From an uncultured Ruminococcus sp. (GTDB lineage: Bacteria > Bacillota > Clostridia > Oscillospirales > Acutalibacteraceae), in the NCBI GenBank assembly GCA_905233145.1, contig CAJODI010000017.1, forward strand, positions 15,599-79,598: a stretch of DNA of 64,000 nucleotides. Reading direction: 5' to 3'. Shown here piece after piece: positions 35,966 through 45,839 of the stretch. The number at the start of each line of letters is the position of its first letter. The first letter of the stretch is position 1. Below the pieces are notes generated by a model that had not been told where the DNA came from, did no database searches, and worked only from the letters and a program-made list of their open reading frames with translations. The translations under genes and the position numbers were made by a program.

Positions 35966-38731
35966 TTATTTTAAATTTTCGCAGCAGCGTGCACAAAGAG
36001 TCGGATGCTCACTGTTTTGTCCGACAGTTTTGCTGATTGTCCAGCAACGCTCGCATTTTTCTCCTTCAGCTTTTTCAACGCTGATTTCCGGTTCTCCGTC
36101 ACCTTCAACGATCTCAACCTCTGAAACAATAAATGCAGCGGCAAGCTCTTTTTCTGCTTTTTTGAGGAACTCAAGTGTTTCTCCGCCGGCTTTGAGAATA
36201 ATCTTTGCCTCAAGCGAGCTTTTGATCGTTTTGTCTTTAATCATCGGCTCGATCGACTTTTTGACATCGTCTCTTAGCTCATGAATTCTGTCCCAGAAGT
36301 TCATGAAGTCTGAGCTTGTTGCAAGATCAATCTTTTCGGGCATTTCGTTGAAAATAATATGATCGGCTCTGTCGTTCTTTGAATGAGGCATAAATTTCCA
36401 GATTTCGTCCGAAGTATATGCAAGAATCGGTGCGATCATTCTTGTCATTGCGTTAAGAATGATATAAATAGATGTCTGAGCCGCTTTTCTTGATTTGCTG
36501 TCAGCCTTTTCTGTGTAAAGTCTGTCCTTCAAAACATCAAGATAGAAGTTTGACATATCAACAACGCAGAAGTTGTGAATACTGTGGTAAACAATGTGGA
36601 ATTCATACTTGTTGTAGGATTCCTTAACCTTGTCGATAAGCTCGTTAAGCTTGGTAATAGCCCACTTGTCGATTGAGAACAGCTCGTCAGAGCTTACCAT
36701 ATCAGTATCGGGGTTAAAGTCAGAAAGGTTACCGAGAATATATCTTGCTGTGTTTCTGATTTTTCTGTATGCCTCGGAAAGCTGTTTTAGGATATCCTTA
36801 GAAATTCTGATATCAGCGTGATAATCCGAGGAAGCGACCCAAAGTCTGAGAACATCGGCTCCGTACTGGTCGATAACCTCCTGCGGATCAATTCCGTTTC
36901 CGAGTGATTTATGCATAACTCTGCCGTTGCCGTCAACGACCCAGCCGTGAGTCAAAACAGCCTTATAAGGAGCTGAACCCGTTGTGGCAACCGAGGTGAG
37001 CAGCGAGGACTGGAACCAGCCTCTGTACTGATCCGCACCCTCAAGATAGAGGTCTGCGGGCCATTTTAAGTAAGGACGGTTTTTGAGCACTGCGGCGTGA
37101 GAAGAGCCGCTGTCAAACCAAACGTCCATAATATCTTTTTCTTTGCTGAATTTCTGACAACCGCATTTTTTGCAAGAGGTGCCCTTGGGAAGGATCTCCT
37201 CAGCATCGTGGGTAAACCATGCGTCTGAGCCTTCCTTGCCGAACAGGTCGGCAACAGCGAGCATAGCTTCCTTGTCAATTAGCGGTTCGCCGCAATCCTC
37301 GCAATAGAAAATCGGGATCGGAACGCCCCATTTTCTTTGACGCGAAATACACCAGTCTTTTCTTTCTCTTACCATAGAGGTGATTCTGTCCTTGCCCCAA
37401 CCGGGAATCCATTCAACGGTGTTAATAGCGTCAACCGCAGCGTCCTTAAAATCATCAACCGAACAGAACCACTGGTCGGTAGCGCGGAAAATAACCGGCT
37501 GTTTACATCTCCAGCAGTGCGGATACTGGTGAATGATCTTTTTGAGTGCGAAAAGCTTTCCTGTCTTTTCAAGATAAAGTGCGATCGGCTTGTTTGATTC
37601 CTCTGTTTTAAGTCCGGCAAACTGACCGGCTTCTTCTGTGAGAACGCCGTTTTCGTCAACAGGAACTACAATCGGAATTTCCGGGTAGTTTCGGCAAACG
37701 TTGTAGTCGTCAACACCGTGACCGGGAGCGGTATGAACACAGCCGGTACCGCTTTCAAGCGTAACATGGTCGCCGACTATAACAAGCGACTCTCTGTCCA
37801 TAAACGGGTGAGCAGTTTTCATATATTCAAGCTCTGAGCCCTTGAGTGTGCCTACAACTTCATAATCGTTAAGCTCAGCGGCTTCCATGGCTGACTTATA
37901 GAGCTCCTCAGCCATTACATAAAACTCGTCGCCGCATTTAATAACAGCGTATTCAAACGAAGGACCTACGCAAATAGCAACATTTGCAGGCAGGGTCCAA
38001 GTTGTTGTTGTCCAAATTACAAAAGAGGTTTTCGCAGGATCAACGCCCATAGCGGAAAGCTTGCCCAAATCATCGGTTACGCTGAATTTAACATAGATTG
38101 AGTGGCAGGGATCTTCGGCGTATTCGATTTCAGCTTCGGCAAGAGCGGTTTTACACTCCGGACACCAATAAACAGGCTTAAGTCCCTTATAAATATAGCC
38201 CTTGCAAGCCATTTCGGAAAATATTCTGATTTGCTCCGCCTCAAAATCGTGCGTCAGCGTAATATAAGGGTTATCCCATTCGGCTATACAGCCCAAACGC
38301 TTAAACTGATTTCTCTGGTCATCAATATAGCCCTCTACAAATTCCTTGCACATTTTTCTGAGCTCAAGCTCGGAAATATCTGCGGAGCTGCTTACGCCTG
38401 CTTTTTTTCTTGCTTTGAGCTCGGTTGGAAGTCCGTGAGTATCCCAACCCGGAACGTAGGGTGCTTTATAGCCGGACATATTTTTATATCTGACAATAAA
38501 ATCCTTCAAAACTTTGTTAAGAGCGGTACCAAGGTGAATATTACCGTTGGCATAAGGAGGACCGTCGTGGAGCACAAAAAGCGGCTTGCCCTCATTGATC
38601 TCCATGAGTTTATCGTAAATCCTCTCATCTTCCCAGTTGCCGAGAGTAACAGGCTCACTTTTCGGCAAACCCGCGCGCATAGGAAAGTCGGTTTTCGGAA
38701 GATTAAGCGTTGAATTATAATCCTGAGACAT
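35966..38731 (-). CDS. ileS: Isoleucine--tRNA ligase (type 1)
   Basis: DGPPYANG, HLGT, DWCISRQR, EGADQYRGWF, C-terminal CERCW...CARC zinc site. Confidence 0.98.
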   Translation of the reverse strand: MSQDYNSTLNLPKTDFPMRAGLPKSEPVTLGNWEDERIYDKLMEINEGKPLFVLHDGPPYANGNIHLGTALNKVLKDFIVRYKNMSGYKAPYVPGWDTHGLPTELKARKKAGVSSSADISELELRKMCKEFVEGYIDDQRNQFKRLGCIAEWDNPYITLTHDFEAEQIRIFSEMACKGYIYKGLKPVYWCPECKTALAEAEIEYAEDPCHSIYVKFSVTDDLGKLSAMGVDPAKTSFVIWTTTTWTLPANVAICVGPSFEYAVIKCGDEFYVMAEELYKSAMEAAELNDYEVVGTLKGSELEYMKTAHPFMDRESLVIVGDHVTLESGTGCVHTAPGHGVDDYNVCRNYPEIPIVVPVDENGVLTEEAGQFAGLKTEESNKPIALYLEKTGKLFALKKIIHQYPHCWRCKQPVIFRATDQWFCSVDDFKDAAVDAINTVEWIPGWGKDRITSMVRERKDWCISRQRKWGVPIPIFYCEDCGEPLIDKEAMLAVADLFGKEGSDAWFTHDAEEILPKGTSCKKCGCQKFSKEKDIMDVWFDSGSSHAAVLKNRPYLKWPADLYLEGADQYRGWFQSSLLTSVATTGSAPYKAVLTHGWVVDGNGRVMHKSLGNGIDPQEVIDQYGADVLRLWVASSDYHADIRISKDILKQLSEAYRKIRNTARYILGNLSDFNPDTDMVSSDELFSIDKWAITKLNELIDKVKESYNKYEFHIVYHSIHNFCVVDMSNFYLDVLKDRLYTEKADSKSRKAAQTSIYIILNAMTRMIAPILAYTSDEIWKFMPHSKNDRADHIIFNEMPEKIDLATSSDFMNFWDRIHELRDDVKKSIEPMIKDKTIKSSLEAKIILKAGGETLEFLKKAEKELAAAFIVSEVEIVEGDGEPEISVEKAEGEKCERCWTISKTVGQNSEHPTLCARCCENLK

Positions 38732-38785
38732 TTTTATTCTCTCCAATTTGAATTTCTAGTTATTTTTCGGAGTGATCCGACACAA

Positions 38786-39505
38786 TCATTCGGCAGAAAC
38801 GTCGTAATTGTCGCCAAATTTAAGCGCGCCTCTCTTTGGAGCCGGCTTAAAGCCCTTTTTGTTCATAGAGGAAAGGATTTCGTCAACCTCTGCCGAGTTG
38901 TCGGAAACCTGAACCTGCGGTTCCTGCTCGGTAGCAAGCTCATGCTGAGCTGCTGCTACATGCTCAACAAGCGCGTCGGCAGCCTGAATCGGCTCTGCAA
39001 TTGGCTCTGTCGGATATTTTTCATCAAGCTCCTTTGCCTTCGCCTCAAGGTCAACGGCTGTCGGAAGCTCGTCAATTGATTTAATATGATTTCTGTAAAG
39101 CTCAATAAGCTCATTTCTGAGCGCAACTGCGTCTGCCTGCAACGAAAGATAGTTTTCTTTCTCGTATGTAGTCATTTTGTTAGCGTCGGTAACAAGCGAC
39201 TGAGCCTTTGTTTCTGCCTCTCTGATGATTTTTGCAGCCTTTTCTTTTGCTTCCTTTATGCAGGCGTCCGACACCTTCTGAGAAGCCAAAAGAGCGTTTC
39301 TTACGGTTTCTTCATCTGCTCTGTACTGCTCAACTCTTGTTGCGAGCACGTCAATTTTGTGAACAAGATTTGTTTTTTCCTTTTTGAGCTGCTCAAACGA
39401 AGCAATTACTTCATCAACAAATGAGTCAACATCATCAGCGTTGTATCCGCCTCCGAGACCTGCTTTTCTGAAACTGACGTTCTTGATATCATCAATAGTT
39501 AGCAT
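38786..39505 (-). CDS. divIVA: DivIVA domain cell division protein
   Basis: LTIDDIKNVSFRK...GYNADDVDSF followed by a coiled coil. Confidence 0.9.
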   Translation of the reverse strand: MLTIDDIKNVSFRKAGLGGGYNADDVDSFVDEVIASFEQLKKEKTNLVHKIDVLATRVEQYRADEETVRNALLASQKVSDACIKEAKEKAAKIIREAETKAQSLVTDANKMTTYEKENYLSLQADAVALRNELIELYRNHIKSIDELPTAVDLEAKAKELDEKYPTEPIAEPIQAADALVEHVAAAQHELATEQEPQVQVSDNSAEVDEILSSMNKKGFKPAPKRGALKFGDNYDVSAE

Positions 39506-39516
39506 ATTATTACTCC

Positions 39517-40266
39517 TTATCTGAAATGTGTTATAATTATTCTGATTTTATGTTTTTTGGTTTCTCCCAAAACAGCCTTCAATATAAACTTGCCCTTGCC
39601 CCTGATCCTCAGTACGTCGCCCTCTGAAATCATTTTGCTTACGTTCTGAGATGTAACATAGTTATGTCCAACGTTGCCCTGGATAATAAGCTGCTTAGCT
39701 TTTTCGCGTGAAAGTCCGGCAATCGCCGCCACTAAATTATCAAGTCTCAATGAGGAAACCGAAAAGCAAAGCTCCTCAACTCCCCTGCCCTGCGGCAACT
39801 TTGACAAATCAGCGTCAGATACCTTTACGCCGACTCTGCCGATCTTGGTAATTTGAGAAGAGACATAATCCTTGATTTCCGATTTAACAAACACTACGCA
39901 TCTGCCGTCTTCAACAAGAATATCTCCTACAGCCTCGCGTTCAATACCAAGCGACATAAGCGCGCCCAAAAAATCTCTGTGACTGAGTTTATCACAGGGT
40001 CTGTAAACGAATTCAAGCGCGTCAACGGGGAACTCGTTTTCATTAGGCAAATCAAAGAAGAGCCCCAAAACCCTTCTTTCGCTGTTTTCATAGCCGCCGA
40101 AAAACATATATTCCGTAAAGCGAACAGAATCAAGATACTTTTGCGCTGCCGCCTGCTGTTCTTCGTTCATAAACGAAAAGAAATAAGGCTTGCGCCTGAT
40201 TTGACAAAGCCGAACCCCGTCATCAAGCTTTTGAAAGAAAAGTTTGTCGTTATCAGAAGTATACAC
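39517..40266 (-). CDS. ylmH: YlmH/Sll1252 family S4-domain protein
   Basis: GGYENSERR, LSHRDFLGALM, GDILV, SLRLD, RGKGKF. Confidence 0.92.
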   Translation of the reverse strand: MYTSDNDKLFFQKLDDGVRLCQIRRKPYFFSFMNEEQQAAAQKYLDSVRFTEYMFFGGYENSERRVLGLFFDLPNENEFPVDALEFVYRPCDKLSHRDFLGALMSLGIEREAVGDILVEDGRCVVFVKSEIKDYVSSQITKIGRVGVKVSDADLSKLPQGRGVEELCFSVSSLRLDNLVAAIAGLSREKAKQLIIQGNVGHNYVTSQNVSKMISEGDVLRIRGKGKFILKAVLGETKKHKIRIIITHFR

Positions 40267-40726
40267 CGCTGTTTTCTAATTCGTCAAGAAGATCGTCTCC
40301 TGTGAGATCAACGTTAGACGGAATGATAATATATGTGTTTGTGGCAACTCTTTTTATTTTGCCGTTGTTAGCATAAGCTACGCCGCTGAGGAAATCCAGG
40401 ATTCTTCTTGCCATATCCTTGTTGGTATCCTCCAGATTGAGAACTACGGTATGAGTTTTCATAAGCTCGTCCGCGATTGAGCGAGTTTCTTCTCCAAAGC
40501 GTTCCGGTTTGAAGATACCAACCTGCAGCTTTGCGGTCGCATTGATATTAACTACCTTGTTTCTTGTGCCGACTCCGGAATCTCTGTCCCTGTCTCTTTC
40601 TCTTTCACGCACGGGAATTTCATCGAAATCGTCATCACGGTCGTCAGAGTATCCGTACTCATCATACTCGTACTCATCGTCGGGAGCGTCCCACATACGT
40701 TTAAACTTGTCAACAAATCCTGCCAT
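40253..40726 (-). CDS. sepF: Cell division protein SepF
   Basis: KPERF, IADEL, VVLNLE, RILDFLSGVAY. Confidence 0.93.
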   Translation of the reverse strand: MAGFVDKFKRMWDAPDDEYEYDEYGYSDDRDDDFDEIPVRERERDRDRDSGVGTRNKVVNINATAKLQVGIFKPERFGEETRSIADELMKTHTVVLNLEDTNKDMARRILDFLSGVAYANNGKIKRVATNTYIIIPSNVDLTGDDLLDELENSGVYF

Positions 40727-40744
40727 TTATATTTCCTCCTATAA

Positions 40745-41458
40745 TTATGTGTAATTTCTTGCTCCAAATAGAGCTGAGCCGATTCTAACCATATTCGCGC
40801 CTTCCAAAATCGCTTCGTAGTAATCGCCCGACATACCCATTGAAAGAATATGCATACCTATATTATCTAATTTTTTTTGCGATATGTCAATAAATAAGTT
40901 GTGCATTTTCTGAAAATAATTTAAAATTTTCTTTTTGTCCTCACAAATTGGCGGTATTGTCATCAATCCTTCCACTTTTACACCATGAATTTGTGAAATT
41001 TGACAGAGTAATTCCTCCAGATTTTCTTCGGCTATTCCGGATTTGTTCTCTTCTTTGCCGATATTAACTTCAATAAGGATATTTGTTGTCTTTCCGAGCA
41101 GCAGAGAACGCGCCGCGATTTCCTTTGCCAGCTTTAGGCTGTCCACCGATTGAATCAAATCAACCTTATCAACAATTTGTCTTACCTTGTTGGTTTGGAG
41201 ATGTCCGATAAACTGAAGCGAGCAGCTCTTGAGGTTATAGCTGTCGTATTTTGAAAGCAGCTCCTGAACTCTGTTTTCGCCGATATGATCAAGCCCAAGC
41301 GAAATTGCATGGTTGATTGTGTCCGTGTCAACTGTTTTGGTAGCAGCAAGAAAGGTTATATCGCTTCTTGTTCGTCCTGACTTAACCGCTGCCTCGGCTA
41401 TCCTTTCATTAATAAGCTTGTAATTATATTCAACATCAGCTAATGACCTTGCCGTCAT
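40745..41458 (-). CDS. yggS: YggS/PLP homeostasis protein
   Basis: AATKT (PLP Lys), GENRVQE, FIGHLQTNK, SMGMSGD, VRIGS. Confidence 0.96.
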   Translation of the reverse strand: MTARSLADVEYNYKLINERIAEAAVKSGRTRSDITFLAATKTVDTDTINHAISLGLDHIGENRVQELLSKYDSYNLKSCSLQFIGHLQTNKVRQIVDKVDLIQSVDSLKLAKEIAARSLLLGKTTNILIEVNIGKEENKSGIAEENLEELLCQISQIHGVKVEGLMTIPPICEDKKKILNYFQKMHNLFIDISQKKLDNIGMHILSMGMSGDYYEAILEGANMVRIGSALFGARNYT

Positions 41459-42716
41459 AAAGATCATCTCCCTTAATTATTACCTTGTCATAAAGTGAAA
41501 CGGTTTCTCCGTTAAACAGAATGCCCCGCTGCGGAGTGGGGTCGCAAAGAACGGTGTCTTTGTCGGAATAAAGAATTGAAATTTGTTTGAACTGAACTTC
41601 ACTGCCGTAAAGAACATAAACGCCCTGAACCTTTTTTTCTTCCTTGTGAGCGTTGTCATTTTCATCATAGGTTACCTTGGTTACATAATCGTCGTGAATA
41701 GCCTTTTTGCTGATTCTCAGTCCGGAATATGTGCCAAGTCCGATTTCGATAGGACCCTGTCTTACTTCAATCAGATCGTCGTTCATATAGTCGCATTTGA
41801 ATATTGCCAGTGCGTTGCCGTCCTTATCGGGCTGATCGATTCTGTAAATATATGCCGGTATAGCCTCGGTTGAAGCTTCCGGGAAAACTATAGAAACATT
41901 TCCGTCCCAGATTTTGAGGTTTGAAGCGTCATCCGGGCTGACCTCGCACGCAACAAACCAGTTAAAGTTGCTAACGATTTTTCCTGCTGTGCTCGGCGGA
42001 ACATCACCCTTTTGAATATTTTTGAAATCATCAAGACGCATTTTTTTGATGTCGGCATAATTATAGCTGCTCTCATATCCGTCGCAATAGTTTGTAAAAT
42101 ATCCCGCGTTTTCGGTGGTGATCGTTCCGATACTGTCCGAGGTTTTTCTCAGTTCATCAATTGTTTGTTCAAGCTCGCTGATTCTCGCGTTAAAATTAGA
42201 ATCCTTTCCGGTATATAGAAGCCGTTGGTTTATCGAAGAAAGCAGCGAGTCGGAATAATTTGTCACGGCGTTTGAATCACTGTTGTTTACTCCGTCTATC
42301 ATTAAAATCAGGTTATTGTTGATATTGTTGTCAATAACGTCAAGACCAATTGCGCCGGTTCGGTTTGTGTTTTGTACCGACTTAAGAGCTTCAAGCTGTT
42401 TTTGCAGCATATCCGAAATTGTTTGAGAAACAGCGTCGCTTTCGTTAGAATACACCTTGGCGATTTCTCCGCCTGCCATAACCTCGTCGCCGTCGGCACA
42501 GGAGTAGGAAAGCACTCCTGAGGTATTGTTCTTTATGATTTTTTCGTCTCTTATAACAAAACCATCGGCATAGATTTTTTCGGTGATGGTTGTTTGTACT
42601 GCGTTTTCGGTCGGATACATATCAAAGTTCGCGCTTATCAAAAGATAGGCAACATATACCAGTGCCAAAACCGTTAGCGCAGCCACAAGTATTCGCTTAA
42701 AAAGTAATTTATCCAT
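41436..42716 (-). CDS. HlyD/membrane-fusion-protein-like conserved protein
   Basis: N-terminal TM, GFVIRDE, lipoyl-like half GVLSY...V..GGEIA, coiled coil, second half AGYFTNYCDGYE; usual clostridial position upstream of yggS. Confidence 0.65.
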   Translation of the reverse strand: MDKLLFKRILVAALTVLALVYVAYLLISANFDMYPTENAVQTTITEKIYADGFVIRDEKIIKNNTSGVLSYSCADGDEVMAGGEIAKVYSNESDAVSQTISDMLQKQLEALKSVQNTNRTGAIGLDVIDNNINNNLILMIDGVNNSDSNAVTNYSDSLLSSINQRLLYTGKDSNFNARISELEQTIDELRKTSDSIGTITTENAGYFTNYCDGYESSYNYADIKKMRLDDFKNIQKGDVPPSTAGKIVSNFNWFVACEVSPDDASNLKIWDGNVSIVFPEASTEAIPAYIYRIDQPDKDGNALAIFKCDYMNDDLIEVRQGPIEIGLGTYSGLRISKKAIHDDYVTKVTYDENDNAHKEEKKVQGVYVLYGSEVQFKQISILYSDKDTVLCDPTPQRGILFNGETVSLYDKVIIKGDDLYDGKVIS

Positions 42717-42747
42717 AAAAATTCCTTACAGTCTTTTATTTATTATA

Positions 42748-43686
42748 TCAACTCAACGATATTAACTCAACGGCTTGTGCCAAAAGCGTTTCAAAGCTTT
42801 CCGCTTCGTCGGGATAAAGCATGTTTGCTTCTGCGTCTCGCTTAAACCAGGTTATTTGCCTTTTGGCATATCTTCTGGTCTCCATTTTCAGCTTTTCAAT
42901 ACATTCTTCAAGTGTTTTTTCATTTTTGAAATACGGCTCAAGCTCCTTGTATCCAATCGCTTTTACCGCCGTAAAGCTCAGCTTACTTTTAAGAACTCTT
43001 TCTGCTTCTTTTAACAAACCTTGCTCAAGCATAATATCAACTCTTCGGTTGATTCGGTCGTAAAGCTTTTCTCTGTCACGATAGTTAAGACAAATTTTAA
43101 TTGGTTCAAAGGGACTTTGCTCCAGGCGTGACCGGTTAATTTGCTCAGTAATCGTCATGCCTGTTGTTTTATAAAATTCAATTGCGCGAATTATGCGCTT
43201 TGGATTTCTTTCGGTTTTCAACCGTTCATACGACGGCTCGTCAAACGCCCTGAGCATCATGAGCAGTGTGTTTATTCCCTCCGCTTCATAGATTTTTCTC
43301 AGCTCGTCGCACAAAGCTTCGTCTCTTTGCTCATCACTGAATTTTATATTATTTAGCAGAGAATCAACGTAAAGACCGGTTCCGCCGCAAATTATCGGCA
43401 ATTTTCCTCTGTTGCTGATTTCATAAATCAAACGTGAAGCGTCCTCAACAAACATAGCAACCGAATAGGTTTCTTCGGGATCAAGAAAGCCCATCAAATG
43501 GTGAGGTATGCCTTGCTTTTCTTCCTCGGTAGGCTTTGCGGTCGCAATAGTCATTCCCTTGTAGATTTGCATTGAATCCGCGGAAATTATCTCTCCGTCA
43601 AAAATCTTTGCCAACTCAACCGACAGCCGCGTTTTTCCGGAAGCGGTAGGTCCTGTAACGGACACAAGCTTTATTTTGTTGTTCAC
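42748..43686 (-). CDS. miaA: tRNA dimethylallyltransferase
   Basis: GPTASGKT, DSMQIY, GGTGLY, YAKRQITWF; GTG start at 43686. Confidence 0.97.
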   Translation of the reverse strand: MNNKIKLVSVTGPTASGKTRLSVELAKIFDGEIISADSMQIYKGMTIATAKPTEEEKQGIPHHLMGFLDPEETYSVAMFVEDASRLIYEISNRGKLPIICGGTGLYVDSLLNNIKFSDEQRDEALCDELRKIYEAEGINTLLMMLRAFDEPSYERLKTERNPKRIIRAIEFYKTTGMTITEQINRSRLEQSPFEPIKICLNYRDREKLYDRINRRVDIMLEQGLLKEAERVLKSKLSFTAVKAIGYKELEPYFKNEKTLEECIEKLKMETRRYAKRQITWFKRDAEANMLYPDEAESFETLLAQAVELISLS

Positions 43687-43690
43687 AAAA

Positions 43691-45742
43691 TCACACCCTG
43701 CCAAATTGTCTTTCTATCTCTGACTTTTTCATAACGATGCACACCGGTCTGCCGTGAGGACAATATTTTATATCAGGATTAACTTCGAGCTTTTTTACGA
43801 TTTCAATTAACTCCTGAGGACTGTTTTTGTTTCCTGCCTTTATCGCCGAGCGACAGGCAACGTTATGGTAAAACCAGTCCATTTTTTCGGTAAAAATATC
43901 ATTCTTGCCCTTTGCAAGATAATCTGACATCTCAATAATGCTATCCTCAACGTCGGAGGCGTCAAGATATTGCGGTACGGTTCTGACGATAACCGAGCTG
44001 TTGCCAAAGTCCTCAACCTCAAAACAGCATTCGGAAAACATTTCAAGGTTTTCAACAGCCGCGGTGTATTCGTTTTTGCCGAGCTTCACGGTTATGGGCT
44101 GAAGCAAAATCTGAGAAAAAGCTCCTGCTTTTTCATTTTTGAGCTTTTCGTAAATAATTCTTTCGTGAGCGGCGTGCTTGTCTATCAAAAGAATTTCGCT
44201 GTGGTTTTTTTCTGCGATTATATATGTATCAAAGGCTTCTCCAATAAATTTTAAAAATGCTTCGCCCTGTGCTTTAGCTTCAGCTTTCGGAAAGTCTGTT
44301 TGCTTTTCGTTGTTTTTGGTTAATTCCGATTTGTTTGAATCAGTAGAATTCTGTATGTTTATAACCGCTTCGGAAACCGGTTCGGTTTTGTCTGTTTCAA
44401 AAGCTATTGGTTCAATATCCTTCGGTTCGCCAAGTTCCGGTTTTGTATTATCTGATTTGGTGGGCTCACCATGATTTTCGGCTTGATTTTTGCTTTCATC
44501 CGAGTTATTAAATAAATCCAGCGCGTCAATTGAATCGGAAAAACCCACAGCAGGTTTTGGTTCGGATTTACTCTCTTTTGAATCAAATTCAATTCCTTCA
44601 AAGGGATTAAAATCGTTATCCGCCTTGCGTTGCTCTGCAACCGGTTTTGCCTGAAATTTTCCGCCCATAATAGCTTCCGCGTTTTTAAACGGATTAAATT
44701 TTTTGATATCATTAAAGGCTGTTTCTCTTTTAAAAACGGCTTCTTTTCTGCTGTCAGATTTAAGAAGAGCGGATTTTACAGCATGAAATACCGCGTCAAA
44801 AATCGGACGCTCGTTAATGAAGCGCACTTCAATTTTTGAAGGGTGAACGTTTACGTCTATCATCTCATAAGGAAGCTCCAGATTGAGCACACAGGATGGA
44901 AATTTTCCGACCATAACCGAATGCTTAAAGGCTTCCTCAAGCGCGACCATCCCTGTTCGGGTTCTGACATATCTTCCGTTGATAAAGAAATTTTGCATAT
45001 TTCGGTTGGCACGTGAATTGACGGGCTTTGAAACAAAGCCGCTGACCTTGATTGAATCGAGCTGATAATCAACAGGAATCAGACCGGAAGCGAATTCCTT
45101 GCCGAAAACTGAATAGATCGCCGAAATCAGCTTGCCGTCGCCAAAGGTTTTTAACACCTGCTTGCCGTCTCGAATAAATGTAAACGCAATTTCGGGATGA
45201 GAAAGCGCAGCTTTGTCGATTATATTTGAAACCGCGTTTCCCTCGGCAACGTCTTTTTTTAAAAATTTGGCGCGTGCCGGAATATTGTAAAATAAATCTC
45301 TGATAACAAAGGTAGTGCCGTCAGGGCAGCCGGCGTCGTCAAAACTGATTTCTTCGCCGCCCTCTATAACATAAGATGTGCCTACATCTTCACTTTTGTT
45401 TTTGGTAATTAACTGCAATTTAGAAACCGCGCTGATCGAAGCCAGCGCTTCTCCGCGAAAACCAAGGGTAGAAATGCAGTCAAGGTCATTTTCAAGCCTG
45501 ACCTTGCTTGTTGCATGACGAAGAAAAGCGATCTTTACATCGTCCTTCATAATTCCGCAGCCGTCATCGGCAACGCGCATGAAGGTGGTTCCGCCGTTCT
45601 TGATTTCTACCGTAATATGTTTGGCTCCGGCGTCGATCGAATTTTCAACCAATTCTTTGATAACCGACGAAGGTCTTTCAACAACTTCGCCTGCTGCGAT
45701 AAGTTCTGCAACATGCTTGTCAAGAACATTTATTACTCCCAT
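43691..45742 (-). CDS. mutL: DNA mismatch repair endonuclease MutL
   Basis: IAAGEVVERP, KELVENSIDA, GFRGEAL, DKHAAHER, CPHGRP. Confidence 0.98.
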   Translation of the reverse strand: MGVINVLDKHVAELIAAGEVVERPSSVIKELVENSIDAGAKHITVEIKNGGTTFMRVADDGCGIMKDDVKIAFLRHATSKVRLENDLDCISTLGFRGEALASISAVSKLQLITKNKSEDVGTSYVIEGGEEISFDDAGCPDGTTFVIRDLFYNIPARAKFLKKDVAEGNAVSNIIDKAALSHPEIAFTFIRDGKQVLKTFGDGKLISAIYSVFGKEFASGLIPVDYQLDSIKVSGFVSKPVNSRANRNMQNFFINGRYVRTRTGMVALEEAFKHSVMVGKFPSCVLNLELPYEMIDVNVHPSKIEVRFINERPIFDAVFHAVKSALLKSDSRKEAVFKRETAFNDIKKFNPFKNAEAIMGGKFQAKPVAEQRKADNDFNPFEGIEFDSKESKSEPKPAVGFSDSIDALDLFNNSDESKNQAENHGEPTKSDNTKPELGEPKDIEPIAFETDKTEPVSEAVINIQNSTDSNKSELTKNNEKQTDFPKAEAKAQGEAFLKFIGEAFDTYIIAEKNHSEILLIDKHAAHERIIYEKLKNEKAGAFSQILLQPITVKLGKNEYTAAVENLEMFSECCFEVEDFGNSSVIVRTVPQYLDASDVEDSIIEMSDYLAKGKNDIFTEKMDWFYHNVACRSAIKAGNKNSPQELIEIVKKLEVNPDIKYCPHGRPVCIVMKKSEIERQFGRV

Positions 45743-45795
45743 GTGCGTCACCACCCTTCTGTGCCGTGATTAATTATACCTGTATGACAAAATAA

Positions 45796-45839
45796 TAAAA
45801 GGCAAGGTGTGGTCCGTATATTGTGCGGCGCTGCCTTAT
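45796..45839. mobile_element. MITE family 1, copy H (decayed mini-copy)
   Basis: AAGGCAAGG...ATTGTGCGGCGCTGCC|TTA, ending in the mutS stop codon. Confidence 0.5.

Noticed and set aside
40575-40680. Low-complexity RERERDRDRD / YEYDEY tract in sepF
   Set aside because: It is the ordinary disordered SepF linker.
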